Of a stretch of 64,000 nt of DNA, positions 36,801-49,700 are shown one piece after another. The first letter of the stretch is position 1. Every line of letters begins with the position of its first letter. Origin of the DNA: Callorhinchus milii. Taxonomy: Eukaryota. The position numbers were made by a program, and so were the translations under genes. Where the stretch lies: the NCBI RefSeq assembly GCF_018977255.1, contig NW_024704743.1, positions 930,001 through 994,000 of the forward strand. The letters are read 5' to 3'. The notes under the pieces are model-generated. The model was given only the letters and a program-made list of their open reading frames with translations. It was not told the origin of the DNA and ran no database searches.

Positions 36801-38360
36801 GTTGAAAAGAGTCAGGGATGTGGGGGAAAAGGGCAGGGAAGTGGGACTGAGAGGACCGCTCTTGAGGGAGCTGGGACGGACACGTTGGGCCAAATGGCCT
36901 TCTTCTGTGCCGTAAATGTCTATGGTTCTAATCGGGGTAAAACTTACTACAATAGTCAGGAAAAAAGCAACAGCAACAAAAAAGACTAGCTCTCAAGACA
37001 TGTTTCTATCGTCCACACCATTTACTTTCTACACCATTGCAATGCTTTGTCCACGGCAAAGACTCGAGTCCAATAATCCGTGGACAAATACAAGGAGAGG
37101 AGTGGACATTTTCACATGAGACTAAAGCACACCATGCCACATTGGTTACAGCTACACATTATCTCCACACTCTTGACAATTTCCTCCCCACTTCTGTTTT
37201 CTCCCGAGCCAGAAAGTGGACAGTAAATAGCATATCATATGGCCGGTCGGTCCGTTTCAGAAAAAGTGCGTACGGCTCACTTGTGGCTTGATGCTCACAT
37301 TTGTGAGACACTATGAAGACAACAGGGATATAAATCCCCATTTCTCTATCTGCTATGCAACCAACAGGAGAATCTATCACTAAAGTCAGTAGAACTCTTT
37401 TGACAACAGCAAGAAAAGAAATGAGTTCTACACGAGACTAGTACAATGGTTATTTCTTAGTTTAAGTTGCAGTTTAATCGTCAATGGGTGGTAGATAATA
37501 ATAATCCTTGCATTTGATATAACGCCTTATCTTGTCGTTGAGACATCTTAAAGCACTTCACAGAACATACTGCGAAGTGTAGTGACTGTATATTTTGTGG
37601 GTGAATCTCTAAAGAAGATCTCTAAAGAAGGTTCTCTGTCAAATCATCATATGTTTTCCCAATGAAAGAGCAACCGAGACTCATCTGTCATTTCAACTGG
37701 CAAACAGTTATGAGGCTCACATTCCCACTAGCCGGTAATCTAACCGACCTTGGTGGAGTGCGTTTATAATAGGATGTGTCGACCGGTGGAACTTCAGCCC
37801 TTGCTTTTCCTTTAAGGAAAACCGTGAAGTAATTCATCTTGCTTTAGAGCGAGCACTTTGGCGATGCAATACTTCACCAATTCTTTCCACGTGCAACAAC
37901 ATGCTGTTGTGTGTCAGTATCGCACTGAGAACTCAGAGATGATAATGCACTCGTCTAAGCTGATGTTTCCAAACTATTTCATTCAAATTACGACAGCTAC
38001 ATATATCACATCTATATTAGATATATATATATTATATAGTGCATTATCACATTAATAATGTCACATATTCTGTCTCATTGATACAGTTACAAATGGCCAA
38101 GTAAAGAGAGAACATTAACGGTTTTATACTTAGTAAAAAACTGAAGTCTACAAGGAGGCTCGTATGATAAGTTATTAACAGTACGTTAGTGTCCATAATA
38201 CATAGGTAAGCCCAATCATTGAAGTCTTTCAACCGATGGAATGGAGTTTCTTTGAAGAAAAGTTTTTTTATATATAAGAAGCTGTTTCCTCTAAATGTTC
38301 TCCCTTAAGACTAGAATCACTTCACGTAATTTTTTTCTCTCTCTCTCCCTCCCTCCCTCC

Positions 38361-38395
<35 letters not shown>

Positions 38396-41300
38396 TCCGT
38401 TGCAGCATTCCTCCATAAACTCGGTCTCCCCGTCGCAAGATGAAGACCGTGTTAACATTGTCACTGCTTCTGTTGGGCTCCTGTGGGCGGCTCCTTCTTA
38501 CTGATGTGCAAAGTGACCGATTCTCCAACAGCCCCATAGCTGAGAGTTCTCGTGGAAACCTCGGTCTTGAAGCTTGGCTGTCCATTGTCCACCGAGCATT
38601 GCACCGCAGTACAGAAGGATGTCTTTAACTCAAACCCGGGGTTCTTCTCAGCTGCTCCTGCTGAGGGGAGGACGACCGATTCGCTGCGTGATTCACTGAC
38701 GTGCACGGACACATTTGTGGGCCCCGCCGAGTGCCTCTCGGTGACCCGGGACGTGGATACGAACATCCCCCCAGCGCAAGGGTCTCTGAATGGACGCGAG
38801 TAGCTTGGATTCATCTTGGGGACGACTGGCCTGCCGACGTTCAGTAAAACCGGTTTGCCAATCGTTGGTTCACCGATCTCCGCCTGCAGGACCGAGATCT
38901 CACAGGGCTCTTCGGAACTGGCACCTGGTGGACTGTCAGACCCGGCCCCACATTTGTAGGTTTCTCCCTGAACAGGAACGTAGTCTTCCAGGTCTTCCAG
39001 CGTCAACAATTTGCCGTTATGAGTCAAAATCTTCGTGCCTCGACCTATTAGATCATCGCTGCCAGACTCGGAAGGTTCGTCGACGATGACGTTTTCGTCT
39101 TCGGGGACTATGAAGTCTTCCTCGCCTTGCTTCACTTCCTCCATCTCGTCCACGGGGACATCCCGTGGAAGGTCCGCGATTTCGGAAGGCGACTCTGTTC
39201 TGAGATCGGGTACGTTTTCGAGGGACAGCTGCTCAGCGTCTGCAAGTTCAGGGCTTTCGAAACTCAACACAATGGTTTCACCCACATGTGCAATTAGCGG
39301 AGATTCCCCTTCCGTCAACGTGACGCACTGATCTTTAGTTGCTCTCGGCTGGAGACTGTAGTCGGTCCCTGCGCGTGCAGAAGCCTCTGGAGAAATGTCA
39401 ACGGCCTCGGCCAGGGTGAACTCAGGGATAACATCTTCCGGCTTGGTCAGTTCATTGTCATCATCGTCATCAACATCATCAGAGTTCTCAGGTTCACACA
39501 CGAGAGGCTGAATATCTACATCACTTAGATTTTCATCGGGAAGAGAAGATGCCATTTGTTCCACCAAATTATTGTTTGAGTTGTTCGAGTTCGGGTCAAC
39601 CCTCAGTGGTCTCTTGGGCCGTGGACTTGGCGACCTGTGGCCGCTCTGCCTTTGCTCAGACAGTGTTTGGATAGACGGGGAAACCGATCTTTTCCTGTCG
39701 GACTTTGAGCTTTTCGTGACTTTGAACTCAATAACTTCCTCAACTTCAACCCAATTTGTCTTCCGTTCTTGGGCTTGAGTCTGCAGCGAGAGCGGTCTCG
39801 CAGCTGCTCCCCGCTCTTCTTCTGGGACGGTTATCATCACCGCGGGAATTGCAGGCATCTTCACGGGGCTCTCCCTGGGCTCAGGCTGTGCTTTGGGCGA
39901 CGCTTTCTTAGGTCTGGCTGACCCGGGTGCCTCCGATGCTGTTTCCTGTGGCCTGGGTGACCGAGCGGGGGACACACTGGAGCCTGAGCGACGTTTGACC
40001 TTTGGGCTCTTCACGACGGTCGTGATAGTCTCCTCACTATTCGTGAAAAAACGTTTCAATAAATTTAACCGTCGGAAGGAGCCCCATTGTACAAGAACGT
40101 CCTGTACACTTCGGCTCCGAGGCGATGCAGACAAGGAAGCAGGGTTCGTTTCGGGTTAGTTTTGTGAACAACACAATCTCTGGTCATCCATCAAACACAA
40201 GACAGTTTAAGATCATGCTGATCCACTATGGTGCAAGGTTAAAAGGTCCGTGAGATAGGATGTTATTTTTGAATGGAAAGCACAGAATTGCTTCTTAACA
40301 GCAGGAGCACAAGTTTATAACCTATTCATTTTTTTCTTTGACCAGCAAGGCTCTGCTCCGACCAGACTGTTTTTACGTTCTAGTTATTATGGCTAATAGG
40401 AATATTAGTCCTTAATTTAATCTCGTGCTTCAAGCCTCGTTTTCTGCTATGACTTGTTGCTTTCACACCCGAGCTTAATTTCTGAATTGCAAGCCAAACA
40501 TAACAGATGTTTGCACACCTGTCTCAATAAAGATTTCCCCCCTATCTACTTTATTATGTTTGTGGGACGCTGCCTTGGGCAATTGGCTGCCAAGCTTTGC
40601 CCCAAAAATATACAGGCAATTCACTTTACAGTATAGTCTGTGAGTGCTTTCAGACGTCTCAATGACGTGATCATGAGCTACGTCAAACGCAAGGATTATT
40701 ATTATTATTAGAAAGCTAGAGGAGTACTGCTAATGATCCAGAAATTTCTCACGGTTTTACCCTTAAGAACGCTGCCTCATAATTTATCCGGAAGAACTTT
40801 GGAAAATCCTTAAATTCAGTCGGAATTTCGAAGTCACAGAACTGGGGAAAAGCTTCTAAATCAAGAGAGTTTTTCAAAATTCTGCAACGTCTTAACTTTT
40901 AAGACGATGATCTCGCAACTCAGACCGTGTTGAATTTCGGGCTTCTTCCAGTTGGCTAGCTCTTAACAGCATTGAGATTCGCAACTGGCTGAAGTATCAG
41001 GTGTGCAGAAGATAGGGCCGGACAGCCTATTGCACACGCATGTGCTAGCGGTGAGAAGCAACATCATAGAACACGTAGCACAGAAGATGGCCCATTGCTC
41101 TGAGCTGTCTCTTTGAAAGAGCAATCCATCCAGTACCATTTCTCTGCCTTTTTCCTCATACCCATCACTATGCAAATACACTTCCATCGTAAGTAAGGCT
41201 TCTGCGTGATATACGCTACATATAAAGATTTACACTCAACTGTAAAATATATAGTGGTCCTCATTGCAGGAAATAATTGCGTTCACTCAGTTCTGCGCGA

Positions 41301-44300
41301 TTGCCCTCAATGTGACCTTGAGCGCAATGGGAAACCTCCTTTATGTTGTTTGGAAAAGATGTTCAAATGATTTTCAACGATAACTGCTGGAAGCCAAAAG
41401 TAGTTTATTGCATTAAACTTCCAAAGTCAATCTACTTTCACCTTCTTTATCGGAAGCCCAATTTGACGTCGAAAAATACCTTGCAATTAAGCTGTGTGTT
41501 GCCTTATGAAACTTATGGAAACCATGTGCTCTATGCAAAGTAAACTCGGGTAATGACAAACACTGACATGCACAGACACACAGCTGTCCACACAGGATGA
41601 TAACATGCACTGAGCAGTAACACAACATGGCAGCTCACACAGGCAGGAATGAAGGAACCAAGCACTTACATGATGATGGTTTTCTTGGGAACTTTAGTTT
41701 CTTGTTCAGTGACTATAAGAAACAGGATGAAAAGCGTGGAGTCAGAAAACGGACAAGGTGAAATGACTGCTCAAAGGAGTCTACGAGGTTCACAAGATCA
41801 CAAGAGGGTCGATCGTTCTGACGGGAGCTATTACTTGTGGAGAGGTTGCCATTGGTACAAAACGGACGTGGACCTTGGGGTTGGGCGATTCAATGTGACT
41901 CAACGTTGAACTTTCTGTTTAGATTCAACCCAAAACAGTTAAGCAAACGATTCTGAAGGAATATTTCTTGCCGCCTTATTGCCACACAACCCACCCCCAC
42001 CCCAAGGACCGGGGTTAGAGCCCGTGGTGGGAATTCTGCACTGTTGCAAATCGTATCCCATCCACATAACATTAAACTGAGGTCCCTATAAGGGTGGACG
42101 TTACTGTGGCACTATTTGAAACATGACGACAGCTTCTACCAGTGCACTAGACAACAATCCCCCAAATAAAGTGGGTCAATCTCTTCCTCTGTCTGTTTGC
42201 TGCAAATTGCCTGCTATGTTTGTCCACAAAAGACACACTCACTACACTTCCCAGTAAAAACCCCGGTAAAGGGTTTTGAGACAGCGCAATGATCTGATCA
42301 GGCGAAAAATATCTGCCTGTAATTTTGAAAGACAAATGACACTTCTTTGCCCAGTCTCAGGGTTTTTACTTCGCTCTTTCTCTTCAGATCTACCTCGGTG
42401 ACCGGAGGAATAGAGGAAATTCACTCGGTTGTCGTCGGATTGCAATAATCTAAGGAAGTAAGTGAAAAAATTTGCCTCCACCTCCAATAAAGTCTTGGCA
42501 CAACAGAAAAAGTACGTGGAACCAAACTCTGGTGATGGATTTGACCAGTGTGATCTGTACAGGTGGAAGTAAAACATATCTTTTACTGTTTCCAATAACT
42601 TTAGCTCCATGTACTCTATGTATAGGTCAAGTCTAAGTTTAAGCGCTTTGGGACGTCCTCCCGACGTGAAAAGCGCTATATCAAATGCAAGGATTATATT
42701 TATTATAAGTCAGGATTGACCAAAATTACAGAAAACAATCTGCTTTGATTAAAAAAAGATTCAAAAGCTTTAGGGCGTTGGTCATTAAAAATGAGTGATG
42801 TGTAGACATGGTCATCTGTGACACGCAATTCTCAATACAGTAGTAGCTAACGATAATCAATGACGTTAAGGGCTCCAAAAACTGCGCTTATAGCGATGAT
42901 AGTGAAGGGTTTAAACTCATAAGAAGAAGCCGTTCATTTAGGATTAGCGATGCATTATCAGCATGTAATGTGACAAACGGGACAGTATTATTCAAGGTAT
43001 TTCAGACGCTTTTTGCACTTTTTATTCAGTTTGCGGAGATCTTTTTGTAATGTGTATTTGCGACGAGGGCCAAAAAAAAACAAAACAAAACCTGTCAACT
43101 CTCCAAACGCCGACCTCTTTCTTCTTTAGTTACTGAGGACACGTCACAGTTTAAAGCACGGTTGTTAGGAGCAGATAATTTATCCGATCGGCACTCCGTG
43201 CATCAAGACCTAAGCAAGACTCGGGCAGAAATAGCGTCCTGTGGAGGTGGTGCTGGTTAAGATTCTTGAAACGTTTAAGCTAAGCGCCCGCCAGCAGAGC
43301 TCTGTATTTCCCATTTGGCCTTTCAGTGCTGTTGTCGTTGTAGACTTAATCGATATCTTGTAAAACGGAGTCTGAAAGTCTAACCCCCCGCTTGGCCCGA
43401 ACGGAATCCATGTTGTTTATTGGAGACGGGGCCTTTTGGGTGCCCCAACTCGTCCCCACATCAGTTCTCCGCTCCTGCGTTGGGGGAAAAAAAACCCTTT
43501 GCCGTACGAATCCCGAATAAGGGCTTCGGAGGTGGAAACGGTCAACGCTAGACGTTGACTGTTGGTTGGCGCAAAGCTTCCTTGACACAGACATCGCTAC
43601 AAATCAGCAAGCCTCTACAAGGGCTGACTGGGACGTCCTCCCGACGTGAAAAACACTATTAAACACGCAATTTGTTGTTGATTTCTTTTATAGAGAAAAA
43701 AAAAGCGCTTCATAAAGTGGGAGCGTTTCCAGCTGTGACCAGGCCTGCTTCTACCTTTACTTGCTCCATTGGCCGAGGTGTTTTTTTTATGACGACGCGA
43801 CAACGGGTGTACAACATGGAGTTTTTCAACAGCTGCTGCGATAGTTGCTGTTAGTTGGTCACATCATCGCCTCTGGCTCACAATGTGGTGACAATGTCAT
43901 TGGTGGCTGTTGTTGTGGTTGTTGCTGTTGTTCAAGCCCCACATAAGTACTTTGAGCTCACGGTCTGTGCTGGGGAGAGCCACCTGTTTGGGTGGATGTT
44001 ATATCCTGCGATTATTATTGTTATTATTTTGGCACTATTCCCGTTTTTCTGGTCAACTGATCAAAATCACCTCACATTTGTGGGTCCTCACTGCGTGCTA
44101 CCTACACCAGCAAATACGCATGAAAGTATTTCAAGTGCTCTGGGACTCTACCCTGCGTGAGGGGCGCAAGTTGTTGTTGTTGTTATTTTCTTGTGAAGCA
44201 CTTTGAGGCATTTCAACATTTTAGCCGCTAGATCAAATGCAAGAATTATTGTTATTTTATTTGGATGCAGTTGATCATCTCCCGGGTGCTTAATGGATGA

Positions 44301-46721
44301 GAACTGAGAAACGGAAACTAAGGAACATTCAGAGAGTTTTAAAATTCAGTGTGACTTTCACCCCGCGTTACTAACCTTTTCCAAAAGATTGACTCAGAAT
44401 GGTTTGGTATCAATTACTGGCTCGCCACCAGTTAGACAAAACTGAACAAGTGAAGAACAGATATTTCAAGTTTTTCCACAAACTTTTCTCCTTTCTACAT
44501 GTTTTAATATGTATTGGTGCTTATCGAGCACTGGGTTAAACTGATAGGGATCTCAGTCAGGTCTGAGACGATTGAGATTTCTTGTATGAGTGTGAAATAC
44601 TATAAATAGCAACTGTAGACACTGCCTCAACTTCTAAGCTTAGAATAACACCAGTAAATACTTTAATATTAGTTTAAACACCTGGAAAGCAAAGCAGTTT
44701 CTCATGATTCCCAGATTATTTAGTTAGCAAGCCACTGCTTTCGGAGGTAGGACAGAAATTATGTCAGGAAAAGCGTGGTAAATAAAAAAGGAGATAGTTA
44801 GCACAACATAAACACAAAACAGATCTAAAGGTGTTAGAGGCCAAGCCACAAACCAAACACGGAACTACGTACTACATACAGTACAATATTTGTCACAAAG
44901 GAGTGCTATGAATTAGTAGCGGGTGTTCTTATAACAGAAGCCAAATCAAACAATATCAAACAGCATTTGATTACTTACATTTGTTTTAGGTCGGAATAGA
45001 AACCGACCAATGAAAGGACGACGTTTAAACAAAGCTGCCAAATACTGACATGGTTTCCATTCTACACGAAGGAGTTATTCTGCTCTGTAAACTTCATGAC
45101 GCAAATTTGTTTTTCGTGGCTTAGAGGCTATTCTGCGTTATTTGTTAAATGTAGTGAATTCGCATTGCGATTATGTGACTCATCTTATGACCACAGTTTA
45201 ACTTTGCAACCATAATATAATGTACAAATATAACGCAGCCGTCAAATCAACTTGGTGGCGTTAGTGTCAACCTGGCTCAGTCGGTACTCCTCTCTCCTCT
45301 GAGTGTGGGTTCACACCCCGCGCAGGACTTTAAGCTCAAGCGTCTACGCTGACACTACAATATTAAGTGAAAAGTGTCGTCCTTCAGATGAGACGTTAAA
45401 CCGAGGCCCCGTTTTATCTGTTCAGGTGACTGTTTCAGATCCCATGGTCCTATCTGAAAACAGAAGGGAAGTTCTCTCGGTGTCCCAGACAAAAGTCCCT
45501 CAGATAAAATTGGTGATTCACTTTGTGGGACGTTGCCTGTGCAAAAAAATTGGCTGCCACGTCACCCTCCAAAATACACAGGAACCTTGCAAAGTACTTT
45601 GCGGGCTGCCCTCCAACATCAAAGGCTAAATTAAATGGAAGACCCTTTTTGTTTTACATTCAAAGACAGCATCAGCTCTTTGGCTCACCTATTCCACTAG
45701 TGACACGGTGCGTACTACATTCTGGGATTAGATCCAAACGCTGTGCGCAATTGGCTGCCGCGTTTCGCCCGCAAAATGTGCAACAACAGCAAATTAAACT
45801 TGTACAGCGCCCTTCACGTCGGAAGTCGGAAAGGCATCCCAGGGCGCTGTCGATGTACAACCAATTCACTTTCCGTGAAGCGCTTGAGACGTCTCAATGA
45901 CACGATAAGGTGCTTTGACAAAAGCAAGCGTTATTATTTATTATTATTGACTGTATTTATGTAGAATTTCGGCGCGCTCCAGAATTTGGCCTGCTTTAAA
46001 CAACACGGGCCTTTTTCTAAGTTTTTTCTATTTGGTTTTTAAAAAAGAAATGCAGCAAACCTACATCAAAATTAAGACCGAATTCAACAACTTGCCAAAT
46101 TCCGGACACTCTGAAATGCTGCGTAAATAGAGCAATGGAATTTCTCCCCAAACACGCCGTAGGAAAAGTAAGAATAGACTTTACCCCCACCTCATCTTGA
46201 GCGCACATACGGTGGTGAGATGGCCTCTCAATACTCACTATAATTGTACGTGACAACAGGCCGAAGCTCACGTTTACAAAGGAATGTCCTTCTGCTAAAT
46301 ACTGCTGACTAACACCACAAACTCAGACACACTGGCTCATGTCTAAGAACAAATATGAACAAACAACACACCTAATGAATAAACTGGCCAAATGTGATAC
46401 TGTGGAGGAAGACGTCGGCAAAGCAAAGGTGTGTGACTAGCAGCAGGGCTTTCTGCCAGTGATAGTTGTCTCGGTGGCACGGAGAGCGACATAAAGCAGA
46501 GGTAAAGTACTATCGAAGTTGGAAAAGTGTGAGTTGGGAAAATTATCAGCAGAAGCTAGTCGGGAAACTTCTCCGTGCCTTTTGCCAGAAAAAGCATCTT
46601 GGGATATAAAGGGTATCTTCTGCTGAGAGTCACGTGAGTGTGACGATGATTTATTATCATTCCTGAGAGTCACGCTCTTGAGTTGATCTTGGGTGGGAGC
46701 AGAACTCCTGTGGGTCATTAG

Positions 46722-46753
<32 letters not shown>

Positions 46754-49700
46754 GAGGTTATCTGCTGGAGAAGAATTTTATATGCCATTAACTGGTAACG
46801 TGGGGCTTGTAGTACAAGCAGCGGAAAACATGACGGACAGTATCCACAGTGTCCAGTGGTTTTAACTGGTTAGACTCCAGCAGTTACCCCAGGGCATACT
46901 CTGAGGTCCCCAAGCCTTGGTTNCCCCCGACCTGCACCTACTACTCTCTGTACTAAGGTAAGCACAGGAGAGGGAGTGTGCATTCCATTCCACGCACAGC
47001 GGAAATTTCCATCTTGTAGGTGGCGTACATATGTGGAACTCTCAGTCTGGTTTGGAGACTCTTAAGCATGCTGGTGAGTTTCGCAATAACCTTATTTGTT
47101 TTTTTAAACAAAATTTTTCTTGAGGAACATAAATATAGGACCGAGGCATTCCAATGAAGTCTTATTAACTTGTTAATGCTTTCAGGAAAATCAACCGTCA
47201 TTTTAACCGTCAATTTCCACACAAAAAAAACGATCGTGACGTAACCTAAGATTTTCTGCACGGAAATCCCTGTATCTCCTTCACACCCAAGACCCAAAAA
47301 GGCTTTGCTCTGACTTGACCTGGTGTTTCCCGAGTCTGTGCGAGGGCCACTGGGTTCTCTGCGGAAAGTACAGGCTACGCTGTGGGAGCTTTTCCCGCCA
47401 GTTGTGAGGTTTGAGCACTTTCTCGCTTGTACCTCAAGGCTTCAGGCTTGAAAGTAAAAACCGCAAGAACCTACCTTCAATCATGACAGCTCGCTCTCCC
47501 TTCTTGTCCGGAACCCGCAGTATGGGGGCCTGAACGTACAGCTCGGCATGATCGTTAGCAGTACCCAGCCTGTTCGTAACCTGGGGAATAGAACATGCAA
47601 GTTTATAATAATAATAATCCTGGCATTTGATACAGCGCCTTATCACGTCTTCGAGACGTCTCAAAGCGCTTCACAGGATACACTGTGAAGTGAATTGACT
47701 GTATACTCTGTGGGCGAAACACAGCAGCCAATTGCACACAGTAGCGTCCCCACAAACAGTCGAGGATTGAAGTAACCAATTTATTATTATTCCTTTTTAT
47801 TTAAAGTATCACCCCTGGAAAAGTGATCCACCAATCCATATCCCTTGATAACCTGACCTAATAAATATCGATCGATCTCAGTCTTGAACGTTTGAATGGA
47901 TCCACCACCCACAGCCTTTTGGGGGAGAGAGTTCCAGAATTCTACTGCCCTTTGTGTGAAAAAGTGCTTCCTGGTTTCACTCCTAAATAGCTTATTTAGG
48001 AGATTCTTAAAATCTTATTTTCTCTAGTTTCTCTGGAGCTACCCGTTTTAATCCCTTTAAAACACCTCAAATAGATCCCCCCCTCAAGTTTCTAAACTCG
48101 AGGGAACACAAATAAAATATAGAAATGGAAATTGTATCTGTAGTAGCGAACGTGGCAGGCAATTTGCATCCAGCAAAAACCTACCCGGAAACATGAAGTG
48201 ACCCTTTCTATGTGAGGGGGCTGATGGCCAGGACTCTGTTCTCTTTTATGAACAGTATCATGCGATCATCTCACCTGAACAGGCAGATGGGACCTACCTT
48301 GTCCCGAACACAGATTGTCAGGCCGAGACAGTGAGTTCAAAGTCCCAAGGCAGGACATGAAGCACAACCTTCTAATACAGAGATGAGGAATATTGTAAGA
48401 ACAGCCACTTGGGCAAGATAGATTGTCCACTGCCCACGGACGTGCACCACAATATTTCGGGAGAACATTGGGATGAGGGTGGGAGAAAGAAGAAACAAAA
48501 TGTCCCCTCTTCAAAACATACGCACCTCACATTCGTAGACTCCAAGGTCTTGCCTTGTTGTGTGTTTGATGACGAGTACTGCAACTCCAAACTGTGTGTC
48601 ACAGAAGGTCTGGTATTTTGTCTTATCTGCTAACAATGAGCCAGCTTTACTCCACCTGTGGTCAAAAGAGAATTGATGAACATCAGCTGCAACTCGGAGG
48701 TTATTAATTCGACATGATCCTCAGGCAAAAGAACCAGAGGGAAGATGAGCAGAATTTTTTTTTTTTTTTTTGACTCAGCAAGTTGTTACGGTCTGGAACG
48801 CACTGCCTGAATGGGTGCTGGAGGCAGATTCAATAATAACTTTCCAAAAGGAATTGAATACTTACTTGAAAATATTGGGTCTGCAATGCTGTACTCTGTC
48901 CAGCGCCTTGGGACGTCCTCCCGAAGTGAAAGGCGCTACACAAATGTAATCTTGTTGTTGTTGTTGAAAAGGAACAGGCTAATGGGATAGAACGTGGGAC
49001 TAGTTGGGCAGCTCTTTCATAGAGTCGGCACAGGCACGATGGGCCGAATGGCCTCTTTCTGTGCTGTAAGATTCTACCAGCCTCAGTGATGTAAAATTGA
49101 AGACTGTGCAGAATTTTGGAAAGACTCTCAAATTCTGGCTGAAGTTCGGAAGCCGGTGTTAAAATGAACCAGGAAAACGGCTTCCAAATTCCATCGGAAG
49201 AATTCTTTTGAAGAATTTTTCAAAGTCCTACAAGGATTTTAAATTTTAGGTCAATGATTGTACAAGAGTTTGCGCTTTCAGGACAGGGCTTGAGGTGAGT
49301 GGAGAAACTTTGGATAATTATGAACCATTGATTTAAATTCACTTTGAAAGCTTCGTTATTCGATACAACAACAACAACAAATACGACAAATTGCATTTAT
49401 CTAGCGAGCACAGTCACGTCGGAAAGACTTCCCAAGGAGCTGGACAGTCAAGGCTTTGCAAAGCCAATGAAAAGTTTGAACTGAAGTTATGTGAAACTTA
49501 CTGTAGGAATAACGGTTGCTATGTTTCTCGGAAGACACAGATGACGACATGCTGTACATTGCACCAATAGAACGTGCACCAATAGAACGGCAATAGAACA
49601 AGTTCTTGCAGCCTAATATTTATGGGCTTTCTCTTTTTACTAAGTAAGGCAAGACGTTAAGAGAAATTGGGTAGAGAAATAGAGGTGAACTCACCTTATC

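Noticed and set aside
44979..45061. Possible 83-nt minus-strand cassette exon (tgtag|AATGG...AAAT|gtaagt)
   Set aside because: Ends in phase 0, which is incompatible with the A and B acceptors; no other support
46437..47297. ORFs of 93 and 114 aa just downstream of the last shared OBSCN exon, one with a hydrophobic stretch
   Set aside because: Available acceptors give early stops in the phase required by the 47475 donor, and part of the region is repeat-derived
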